From contig NC_043012.1 in assembly GCF_006345805.1 (NCBI RefSeq), positions 32,612,001-32,676,000 on the forward strand: 64,000 nt of DNA, read 5' to 3'. The notes under the pieces are model-generated. The model did not search any database. It worked only from the letters and a program-made list of their open reading frames with translations, and was not told the origin of the DNA. Positions 11,014-21,745 of the stretch are shown here, piece after piece. Both the position numbers and the translations under genes were made by a program. Each line of letters begins with the position of its first letter. Positions within the stretch are counted from its first letter, which is position 1. The DNA comes from Octopus sinensis. Its lineage: Eukaryota.

Positions 11014-11355
11014 TTTTTGTTGACACTGTCTCACACTAATTTCCATGTATTGCGTATATTAATTAAGCATTTTAAGTAGTAAGTGTATCCGAGTTGTTTC
11101 CCTTGCACCATGCTTATTAAAACAAACGCTTTATATGTTTTAACCTAATTTATTGGCTCCAGTTCTTATGACGTTGCCAACAAGAAAACGTCTACGTGGT
11201 CGATCGATCTATTAAAAATAACAGCTAAATTTCCATCGCATCATACCTTACTGTCATAAACAGGGAAAACACTTTCCATAATGATATTTGATAATTAAAA
11301 AGATTAAGATGTCTTTTGGGCCACAGTTCTGATCTGCTGCTAAACAACAGCTACA

Positions 11356-11745
11356 TGGAGACGCAATGGCCCAGTGGTTAGGGCAGCGGACTCGCGGTTT
11401 CGATTCCCAGACCAGGTGTTGTGTGTGTTTATTGAGCGAAAACACCTAAAGCTCCACGAGTCTCCGGCAGGGGGTGGTGGCGACCCCTGTTGTACTCTTT
11501 CGCTCCAACTTTCTCTCACTCTTTCTTCCTGTTTCTTGTCCCTGACTTCCTACGCAGCCGCTGAGCCTGGATGTGCATTCATCCATCCATCGATGCTCTC
11601 GGCGTCCGGTGTTGACTTGCTTTCTCTTCTGCGGGTCTTACGAATAGCAAAGGACCACGTTTCGGACTTCTCCCATCTTGCGAGCTCTGGGACGAAGACC
11701 GTTCGCTCAACACCAACAGCAGTTACAACATCAACAACAACCAGC
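11356..11745 (+). mobile_element. Chimeric SINE: same tRNA head as the 8768-9161 element, with a different, highly structured 3' domain and (CAA)-rich tail
   Basis: 11356-11535 matches the 8768-9161 element; 11540-11710 matches 21501-21672. Confidence 0.8.
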
Positions 11746-12057
11746 AAGTCAGCCAATTTCGGGATGATATCAGGCAGGAAACATATCTAGTTTTTTCCTT
11801 ATCTTCAATTATTGTATTTTGATTCTGATATTTCTAATAATTCTTCTGCTATACAGCTCAATTTGTGATTTACTTCAGACATACATTACACATCCTTCCC
11901 TTATAATTAAGAGACAGAAAGACTGCAGGGTGGCAGGAGCAGCAGAGTCCAGGAATAAATTAATTTTAATATTTTAATTTTATCCCTCTACAGTCTAAGT
12001 TCAGTTTTGTTTTTCGCATTCTTAGGATTGATAAAATTATAATTTCTAACATAGATA

Positions 12058-12440
12058 TCATCATCGTCATCGTTTAATGCTAGCATGGGTTGGACGATTT
12101 TGATTGAAAGCTGGCGAACCAGATGGCTGCACCAGGCTTCAATCTTGATCTGGCAGAATTTCTGCAGCTGGATGCCCTTCCTAACACCAACCACTCCGAG
12201 AGTGAAGTGAGTGCTTTTACGTGCCACCGGCACGGGGCCAGTCAGGCGGCACTGGCAACAACCTCGCTCGAATCTTTTGCACATGCCACCAGCACAGGTC
12301 CTAGTAAGGCAATGCTGGTAACAATCATGCTCGAATGGTGTCTTTTACGTGCTACCGGCACAGAGGCCAGATAGCCGCTCTGGCAACGATCACTCTTGGA
12401 TGGTGCTCTTAATACCTCACTAGCATGGGGCTCGATTGCC
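12058..12440 (-). mobile_element. RTE-associated (GAT)n-tailed repeat with internal subrepeats
   Basis: CAGCTGGATGCCCTTCCTAAC core. Other copies at about 15162-15410, 25197-25580, 27808-28072, 28960-29258, 32440-32870, 41172-41515, 42876-43070, 50840-51260 and 60448-60713. Confidence 0.85.
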
Positions 12441-12794
12441 AGTTGAGAGGGAATAGTACTTAACTGATACTTTAATTTATTTACAGATTATTTTATTTTA
12501 TTTACAGATTCATATAAACAACATACAGAGGTTATAAGTTTTCGAGTTTTCAGCAAATTGAGGTTGATTTCAATGTAGGTTTGATTCCCAGTCAAGCTAG
12601 ATCATTTCACTTACCTATTTCTTTATTGCCCACAAGGGGCTAAACATAGAGGGGACAAACAAGAACAGACAAACGGATTAAGTCAATTACATCGACCTCA
12701 GTGTGTCACTGGTACTTAATTTATCGACCCTGGAAGGATGAAAGGTAAAGTCGACCTCGGCGGAATTTGAACTCAGAACGTAGCGACAGATGAA

Positions 12795-12933
12795 CCGTGA
12801 CTGGCTTGCTATCTCCAGTGAACTGGTGCAGGACTGTCATGCGTGGGCTGCCATGGTTCGAGATGCCTCGAGGGTGGTAGAAGAAGCTGACTCAACCTGC
12901 CCAGGGTGAATGTTGCCACAAGTACAAGTAAGT
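12795..12933 (+). mobile_element. RTE-type LINE 3' tip inserted into a Meta-like SINE
   Basis: Ends CCCAGGGTGAATGTTGCCACAAGTACAAGTAAGT; TSD-like ACAGATGAA (12786-12794) and ACAGACGAA (12934-12942); the host SINE resumes after it. Confidence 0.65.
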
Positions 12934-13919
12934 ACAGACGAAATACTAGTAAGCATTTTGCCCGGCGTACTAACATTTCTGCCAGCTCGCCGCCTTCTTT
13001 GGGCAGCAAACTTCTTACCTCAGAACCACACTTGCACCTATTTCTCTTTAAACTAGGAAATTTACATCATAGAAAAGGGTAAAATTAATTTAAGGCATTC
13101 AGCTAACATTTGCAAATCAGGAGCTTGTAATATAATGGTGTTCTCTGAATTACTTATGCTTAAGAAGAAATCTTGTAGCTACAAAATGTTTCAATCTTTA
13201 TATAGGACTCCCTCCCCAAACAAAAAATTATATTCATCATCTGTAAGTATGTGCATTTGTTTCCATGTGATTATGAAGTGGAAATGTCTAGAATACAGAA
13301 ATATTTTGGCAGGAAATTTTAAGATTGCTGTGATAATGTGGAGCAGGTGTGGTTATTGCAATGCCAATACAATACAGATATAAATATATAAAGGTGTGTG
13401 CATATGTATATGTTTACAAATATCTATGTAACCACATACGTGTCTCTAGCAGACAAGTTTGATATGTTTAGTACATACATACGAACATACATACACACAT
13501 ATACATATATACATGCACATACATGCATACACACACATACATATGCACATGCACACACAAACATAGGCATACATACATACACACACATAGATACATATGC
13601 ACACACAGAGGCATGCATGCATAATACATACATACATACATACATGCATGCATGTTGGTCCAACCAATGTCAGCATGGTAAAATATGTTAAATGAATGTC
13701 AAACAGATGAATATATGCAGCTAGCAGGGAGGTAGACATGTCTGAATGAACACCACTACATCTCCAAGCACATATCATCTCTAACAAATTTTAATTTTGT
13801 GTTTTTAGTGAATTAGTGATGGCTAATGGTGAATCCATTTCAACAACTGAAGGCTCCATTGGTTCAAATCCTGGCTACACCCATGTAAAAATGTAATTAT
13901 ATAGTTATTAAAGCTTAGA

Positions 13920-14350
13920 AGGAATTACAACTGTGCTTCGTGGTCTGCTACCACAACAGCTCCTTTATAGGATCCAGTTAGCTCAAGACATCATCAGGAG
14001 GAACCACGTCCGGTTTCGGCCCCTACTTCTCTACTGTTTTGACGTGGCGGGGCCCCCACTTTCGGAGATGTCTTCAGCTCTGGTGTTGGGTGCATGTCTT
14101 CTTTCTTCTGTTCCCTGGCTTCTTCGATATATCGTCGGCGAGTGTCAGCCGGTGACTGGCTGACTTGTAAAATATTTCCCTTTAAATACTTGCCACTAGG
14201 CTCCAGCAGGCAGCCCCAGCAAGTTGTCACATGACACTGTCTCACCTTAACTGACTAGTGAAGGCGCGTAGTCTTAGCCCGTGCATTCTCTAACCAACCG
14301 TCACCTGTCAGTCAGCGAAGCTGATTCAGTGTCAGCTTGTCTCACCTAGT
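13920..14350. repeat. Dispersed GC-richer repeat of unknown class (second copy inverted at about 39100-39377)
   Basis: Both copies give the GLLPQQLLYRIQLAQDIIRRNHV pseudo-peptide and share nucleotide sequence. Confidence 0.75.
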
Positions 14351-15584
14351 GATGTTATTTCCCTATTGCTTATATATCCATAAACATCTACATAATTGTG
14401 CATCTTTACCATCATTCTTTCCATCTGACATATCCAATCACCAACAGATGTGTTCACCAATGTTCTTATTCCATTTGTTTGCTTCACCAATTTTGTTAGC
14501 TTACTATTTTCTCTAGTTTCTTATAATCCTTTGAGAAGTTAAAATGTTTTATAAATAATTGCTAGACGAAACAATAATAAACAGTTTTGTTTTTCAAAAT
14601 TTTTCCATTTTAGCAGCAAGTTATTGAAATATGTAGACAGTACAAATTCTCTTTGGTATGCTATTATATTGACTGAGATATTGGTTTATGAAAAATGAAA
14701 TCTGTTGTAGAAAAAGCAAAGCAAAATAACAAATATAAAATGTTCACACACAGAATAAATACATAGACACACAGAGTCTCTTAAAGTTATTGCTAACTAT
14801 AATAGCATAAGCTATTGTTGTCTATACTATGCTGTCATAAGCATAAATGTGAACCTCATATGTAGAGAATAAATTTTTCTATTTTCAGTTATTAAAAATT
14901 TGATTGATATTAGATGAAATATTAAGGTGGTGAGCTGGCAGAATCATTAGCATGCCAGGCAAAATGTTTAGAAGCATATCATTTGTCTTTACATTCTGAG
15001 TTCAAACTCTGTTAAGGTTGAATTTGCCTTTCGTCTTTTTTTGGGTCAATAAAATAAGTAATTAACTTATTCCTTACCCTGAACTGTGCCAAAATTTGAA
15101 ATCAATATATGGTGAAATATTTTTTCTGATTATATAATTATATTAGTGTGGCTATACATCTTCATCATCATCGTTTAACGTCCACTTTCCATGCTAGCAT
15201 GGGTTGGACGGTTTGACTGAGGGCTGGCGAACCAGATGGCTGCACCAGGCTACAATCTGATCTGGCAGCGTTTCTACAGCTGGATGCCCTTCCTAATGCC
15301 AACCACTCCGAAAGTGTAGTGGGTGCTTCTACGTGCCAGTAAGGCGATGTTAGCTATGATCAGACTCGAAAGGTGCCCTTTTATGTGCCACCAGCATGGA
15401 AGCCAGTTGGCTATGCATTATCGTGTTTTGTTTGTTTATCATGTTTGTAATGTCTTTACAGAAAAATGAATAAATCAGTATTATTATTTGATATTATGTG
15501 CATATGTGTGAGTGTGTGTGTTTGCATGTGTGTGTTGTACCACACAGTAGTATCTGTTGATTATTATTTCCATTATGGACACAG

Positions 15585-15738
15585 TCCCCGTCACTTAGCG
15601 GTTCGGCAAAAGAGACCGATAGAATAAGTACTGGGCTTACAAAGAATAAGTCCCGGGGTCGATTTGCTCGACTAAAGGCGGTGCTCCAGCATGGCCGCAG
15701 TCAAATGACTGAAACAAGTAAAAGAGTAAAAGAGAGTA
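15585..15738 (+). mobile_element. 3' part of CORE-like tRNA SINE
   Basis: TTAGCGGTTCGGCAAAAGAGACCGATAGAATAAGTAC...GGCGGTGCTCCAGCATGGCCGCAGTCAAATGACTGAAACAAGTAAAAG. Confidence 0.85.
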
Positions 15739-15945
15739 GGTCTGAATGGTCACAAAATTCATCTGGCAATCATAAGGTTCTGGGATTAGTCCCACAAGCA
15801 TAGCTTCTTTTACCACAACTTCAGGTTGATCTAACCTTAGTGATTGAAATTAGGTTGAAGAAAACTATGCAGAAACCTATCAGAGGGATTGTACTTAATC
15901 ACAGAATGTGTCATTCTAATTCTGCATAGACATAAGAACCATTAA

Positions 15946-16166
15946 CCCTTTTGTTACCTTATGTATTTTGAGATGCTCTGTAGTTCTTTCAATTACTTTA
16001 AATATAACAAAGAATTGAGTAAAATACCTTAGTTGTCATTAAGCTAGTGTTAGGAACATAAATTGTGACTAAGGTTTGGTGGAAGATTTTAATTCAGAAC
16101 TTATGAAACCAAGACATTTCTACTACAGAGTCAGAGGCGGTTTCAGGCAGGTTGGTATCGAAAGGG
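15946..16166. mobile_element. piggyBac-like MITE
   Basis: TTAA|CCCTTTTGTTACC ... GGTATCGAAAGGG|TTAA; inverted copy at 35376-35597. Confidence 0.85.
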
Positions 16167-16596
16167 TTAATATGGGACACATGTCAGTGGAATACACAAC
16201 CACTGATACACTCATATGAAGCAAGAAGTTCAAATGACTAATATAGATCCATTAACTTATTGATTTTTACTGTATGGTTACGTGATAATGCTCTGTTATG
16301 TCTTAGCTTATTGATCACTACAATAATAGTAATAATTGCTCCTAAAATGGCCACAAGGTCTAAAATTTAGTATGAAGTGGGAGATGGGGTGGGTAAGCTG
16401 ATTATCATTCCTTCTGAACACAAAATGGTACATCATTTTATTGACCCTGGAAGGATGAAAGGCAAAGCTGACCTCAGTGGGACTTAAAATCAGAATGTTA
16501 AGCACTTGAATAAATACTGCCAGACATTCTGTCCGATGCCTTGATGTCTCCATCAATCCATTGTTTTAATAATAATAATAACAATAATAATAATAA

Positions 16597-16968
16597 AGAC
16601 CTACTCATTGAAATTGAGAAAATGTGACATCTCAAGGCGGTTACAATACCAGTGATCGTAGGAGCACTAGGAATGATCAAGAAGGGAACCGAAAATTATA
16701 TGAGAATGATCCCTGGCTTACCATCCCTGCAAGAAGTGCAAAAGATTGTCTTAACTGGTACATCACACGTATTGAGAAGAGCATTGTCGATGTGAGAACT
16801 GTTGCTGCTCATGTATTTTAATTTAACTTAAAAAAAATTTAAAAAATGAACGAACTATTGAGTTTGGTTTAATGGCCTACCAATGTATACTATGAGTTTC
16901 TTTGCCCTAGGAGTCGGGAAGACACTCGGCAAGAAATGGAAGCAAATTTGAAAGAAGAAAAAAATTTT
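16597..16968 (+). mobile_element. 3' end of an RLE-type (R4/Dong-like) LINE in an (AAT)n microsatellite
   Basis: Translates ...LKAVTIPVIVGALGMIKKGTENYMRMIPGLPSLQEVQKIVLTGTSHVLRRALSM*; (AAT)n on both sides. Confidence 0.7.
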
Positions 16969-17037
16969 ATAATAATAATAATAATAGTAATAATAATAAT
17001 AATAATAGTAATAATAGTAATAATAATAATAATAATA

Positions 17038-17076
<39 letters not shown>

Positions 17077-17721
17077 GAGCAAAGGGATTATATGTCTATG
17101 TAACTTTTACTCAACCAAAGTTGTTTTAAAAGTCTAGAATAAGTATAAAAATCTTTGAAATTCCAATATATTTTCATGAAGATGTGGCTTTAATCATCAT
17201 GTTTTATTTACTGCTATTAACTACACAGCCATTAACAGAATGAATTTTAATTCACTACAAGTTTCCATCTTTGAATTGATTATTCCTGGCTCAGTTCAAC
17301 ATGTGGTTCTTGCAGTCATAAAGAATGCATCTAGAGATGAACCTTTTTTTGCAATATTCATCTACTTAAGTTATGCATATTAATTATGTATGTAATTCTA
17401 TCAATAATATATACTGATCTTAGTTATTAATTATAAAATTTATTGGAATTCTCCATGTTTATAAATTTGTTGCCTTTGCTAACAAATCTACAAGTCATTA
17501 ATAACTACTTTAGCACATAAATCAGAATTTCAAATATATTGATAAACAGTCAGAAATGAAATATGTATTGATCTTATGGACTTTTTTCAGTTATTTTTTC
17601 AAGTTTGGAAGAGTAACTGTACATATTACACACGTAACTTTATTGATAACATTCTCTGATCTTACTATCAGTTATACAATTTATTATAAGAATAATTCAT
17701 ATATATATATATATATATATA

Positions 17722-18070
17722 TAATAATTATTTGAGGGAATATTAATCCAAACTTACAGGGAAAAAAAATCATTATTTATTATTTATTTATTATTCTAGT
17801 TTATTTTTAACCTGATGAGTGGCTATATTTATATCGAAGTGATTTTACTACTACTATTAATTTTTTTACTATAATCATTTCTTAAATATAGCCACGAAAC
17901 ACGTGTTGTTATTCTACCAATTATATAAGTTTTTATTATTTTTTTTTGCAATTTACTTAATCATTGGTATTTTATTGTTATTTTAATTTTAATATTTCTA
18001 TTATATGTAATTTTCTAGATGGTGTAATTTAATTGTTCATTTTGAATTGATAAAAATGATTTTTTTTCTA

Positions 18071-18073
<3 letters not shown>
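17722..18073 (+). mobile_element. (TA)n-flanked Penelope-like pLTR fragment carrying a hammerhead motif
   Basis: HHR at 17808-17911; 17762-17774 is the reverse complement of 18055-18067 (inverted 5' piece); TA repeats on both sides. Confidence 0.6.
17808..17911 (+). ncRNA. Type I hammerhead ribozyme motif
   Basis: TAAC-CTGATGA-[GTGGCTATATTTA...TAAATATAGCCAC, 13-bp helix II]-GAAAC-ACGT-GTT-GTTA; predicted cleavage after 17907. Confidence 0.75.
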
Positions 18074-18108
<35 letters not shown>

Positions 18109-18280
18109 TGTTGTGTCTGAGGAGAATCATTCTCTTTTAGTGCCTTATAATTTAACACACTCACCAGAAAAAATTTCCACTCATTTCCTTTTTAATTTTT
18201 CTAAAATTTTCGTTGTGTCTTGCAACATTTTCAATAGTTGTTGACTCTCAACAACTATTGAAAAGGTTGCTTGAAACGAT
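18109..18280. repeat. Fold-back element with 17-bp perfect hairpin
   Basis: TTTTCAATAGTTGTTGA-CTC-TCAACAACTATTGAAAA (18228-18264) extended by GCAAC/GTTGC. Confidence 0.7.
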
Positions 18281-18605
18281 CATACTGCATTACATCTGGA
18301 TATCCTTGTTGCTTAATTTGATTTTAATCACCTTATTTCGCCAACATGAGAGTCACCAACACTACACCTGATTTTCTCCCCTCCATACACGCACAAGCAT
18401 GTATCTGACTCTTGCATTGCTCGCTTTCCAAACATTTGTACATTACTGCATATACTCTGACAAGTTGTGGTGCACCTGAGCACTGTATACAATAATTTCA
18501 TTATTATTATTTTTATTTATATTTTCAAATTGTATGGATAATACTGTACTAAATTCTGGTGCCTCAACTTAAGTACCTAATTCATCTGAATCTAAATTTT
18601 TGCTA

Positions 18606-18674
18606 GATATATATATATATATATATATAGACATACATACATATATATATATATATATGTGTGTATATGTACGA

Positions 18675-18732
<58 letters not shown>

Positions 18733-18774
18733 TACATACATATATATATTATATATATACGTGTGTATATGTAC

Positions 18775-18843
<69 letters not shown>

Positions 18844-18855
18844 GATAGATAGATA
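18606..18855. repeat. (TA)n compound microsatellite with about 100-bp internal duplication
   Basis: AGACATACATAC...GTGTGTATATGTACGAATAT occurs twice. Confidence 0.9.
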
Positions 18856-19902
18856 AACATTATCAGTCACACATACGTAGTGTATGTGTTTTGTTTATGT
18901 ACCAAATTTGTCGTGGGATAGCGTCCAAAGCTCCATACATGAAGCTGAGTGTTAAAGAACACCAAATGTTCTTTAACACTTGGCGTTATGTCAGGAGCTT
19001 TCCTTGGGTGCTATGTGTTGTCCAGAACACATACATCTCCTTTAAGATGGGTGTGATTTGGGGAAAATTTGGTTGCTATTAATATTAGGTGAAGCAATCA
19101 GATTAGCACTTCCAACATCGGTTTGTGCTTTGTTACCATTGAATATGACCTATGACCAAAATATTCCAGCAACAATAATCTAAATTAATTTTTTCTGATG
19201 TCCCAAACTACAAATCCAGTTTATTTGTTTAGATGGTAGGGATTAATTTGAGGGAAATTTGGTTGTTATCTATTGCAGGTTGAATTACCACTTCGAGGCT
19301 CTCTCAGTGGCTTGTGCTTGTTGTTGTTGATGTGTTAAGTCTATCACTGAATTGAGTGCTTGTCTAATTTAAGGAATGTTAGCTCTCCCCTAAACAACAT
19401 CTGGTCTTTATTTCATGGGAAACATAGAATCATTTTAAAATGTTTAACAGCTGGAATTAATGAATATTTAAGAATGTCTTGATTGTTCTGACAACATTGT
19501 ATACTTCCACTTCATATAAGATTATAAGTCAGACAATTTATTAATTAGCTGGTTGATCATGTGTTCATAGGTTTACTCAGGCAGAGCTGGTCAGGACTGG
19601 TGTAATACCTTGAACCCAATAGAGGAAACTTATTGACAACTAATAAATGTAGGATTATGAGAGAGAGATAGAAAGAGAGAGAGAGAGAGAGAAAGAGAAA
19701 GAGAGAGAGAGTATGAGCAAAATTTGATATATGTAAAACAAGGTGTAGACTGGTGTGTGGTAAGAAGTATGCTTCATACCACATGGTTCCAGGTTCAGCC
19801 CCACTGTGTGGCAATGTGGGCAAGTGTCTTTAATCATAGTCTTGTGAATTGATTTGGTGGATGGAAACTCAAAGAAGCCCATCATATATATATATATATA
19901 TA

Positions 19903-20306
19903 TATAAGAAGAAAAAGAAAATGGAGATTGGGAAGTTAATAATTGTTTATTATTAACAGCAAATTAATCATCATTCCTTACAGCTGTTTCAATTAATACT
20001 TAGTAAATATTAAGTAAATATAAAATTTATATGCCCTGAGCATAATATCTTCAGAAGGAAAAAAATATACTCTTGGATGTTTTATATGTGTTTATGGATT
20101 CATTCTGCTATAATGAATCCATAAACAAATATAAAACATCCAAGAGTATATTTCTTTCCCTCTGAAGATATTATGCTCAGGGCATATAAATTTAATTTTT
20201 AATATTTACTAAGTATTAATTGAAACAGCTGTAAGGGAGGATGATTGATTTGTTGTTAATAATAAACAATTAACTCCTCGGTTTCCATTTTCTCTATCTT
20301 CTTTTA
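19903..20306. mobile_element. About 200-bp-arm palindromic (fold-back) element with a hammerhead motif in each arm, flanked by (TA)n
   Basis: Centre GGATTCATT-CTGCTAT-AATGAATCC (loop 20105-20111); arms complementary out to about 19903/20306. Confidence 0.8.
20157..20238 (+). ncRNA. Type I hammerhead ribozyme motif (mirror copy on minus strand at about 19974-20060)
   Basis: TCCCT-CTGAAGA-[T ATTATGCT...AGTATTAAT T]-GAAAC-AGCT-GTA-AGGGA; helix I TCCCT/AGGGA; palindromic ACAGCTGT; 10.1-11.1 pair non-canonical. Confidence 0.62.
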
Positions 20307-20544
20307 TATGAATATAAACTATATGTTTTTATATATATATATACCTATTATTTTAAGGAAATCAATTCCACAAAATATTAGGTATTGAACCAGTATTTCC
20401 TTGGATGAAACCATCCCTTCATGAGGTTAACACAACCTCTAATTGTGTGTGTATATATATATATATATATATGAAATTTACAGAAGACAGGTGTATAAAC
20501 AACAATCAGGTGTATTAGTTTGACACTCAGGAAGGTGAGAAAGT

Positions 20545-20580
20545 CTTTTATGTTTTGAGCCTATGCTCTTCAGCAGAAAG
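20545..20580 (-). ncRNA. Decayed minimal hammerhead-like motif
   Basis: Minus strand CTTT-CTGCTGA-A-GAGC ATAG GCTC-AAAAC-ATA-AAAG; restoring two CpG transitions gives GAAAC-GTA. Confidence 0.35.
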
Positions 20581-20643
20581 GAACACGAAATAAACAGAGA
20601 GAGAATAAAAAGACTTGTGGAGTTAGCAGTCAATCATAGTATA

Positions 20644-20975
20644 TCATCATCATCATCATCATCATCATTTAAACTCTCTTTTCCATATTTGCATGGGCTA
20701 GACAGTTTGACTGGAGTTGGTGAGGCCAGGGGCTGCATTGTCTGTTCTAGCATTGGTTTCTACAGATGGATGCCCCTTCTAATGTCAACCACTCTATAGA
20801 GTGGCACCTTTTTATGTGGCATCAGCACTGATATCAATTCTGCAGTGGCAGGTGGGTCTTCTTGAGTACAACAGTGCACCAAATATCTTGGTCCTTAGTC
20901 ATCTCCTTCATTAAACTTAGTGTCTTGAGATCAGCCTTCAATACTTCATCTCATGTCTTCCTGTGTCTCCCTCTT

Positions 20976-20978
<3 letters not shown>
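20644..20978 (-). mobile_element. RTE LINE 3' end (ORF2 C-terminus plus the (GAT)n-tailed module)
   Basis: Minus-strand [32 protein letters not shown] followed by the AGAAGGGGCATCC module and (GAT)n. Confidence 0.7.
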
Positions 20979-21030
<52 letters not shown>

Positions 21031-21123
21031 AACATACATACATACATACATATATATATATATACATTATATACATATATACATACATACATATATACAT
21101 ACATATATACATGCATATATATA

Positions 21124-21181
<58 letters not shown>

Positions 21182-21500
21182 AGCTCCTGTGTGCTCCATT
21201 AACTTTTTAAACTTAGTAAACAAAGCCATCTCCAAATAACACCCAACTACCTTAAAAAAGAACACATATAGAATGATGTTGTTACTAATTAAGTTATTTC
21301 TGGCCGGAGCTTGAATACCTTTGATCATAGATCCTGCCTTGTTCGAGTCTGATCTGGGGTTAAATGAAAGCAGAGGTAACTACTGAATAATTCTTTAAAA
21401 AGACAACAAACAATATTAACAGCAGGAAGAGGAATTGCGTGAACAAGGAATTGGGTAACAACCATAATAACAACAATAGCAGCAACAGCAGCAGCAGCAT

Positions 21501-21745
21501 CCCCGACTTCCTACGCTACCGCTGAGCCCTGGATGCGCATTCATCCATCCATCGATGCTCTCGGTGTCGGGGGGAGGGGGTTTGACCTGCTTTCTCTTCT
21601 GCAGGTCTTACGAATAGCAAAGGACCACGTTTCGGACTTCTCCCACTCTGGAACGAAGACTGCTTCGCTCAACAAACAAACAAAGCAGCAGCAGCAGCAA
21701 CAACAACAACAGCAACAACAGCAGCAGCAACAACAACAACAACAA
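21501..21745 (+). mobile_element. 5'-truncated copy of the structured SINE 3' domain with (CAA/CAG)n tail
   Basis: Matches 11540-11710. Confidence 0.8.

Noticed and set aside
11640-11710. Hammerhead in the structured SINE domain (minus-strand CCGAAACGTGGTC)
   Set aside because: No CUGANGA or helix I in the required position for type I, II or III topology
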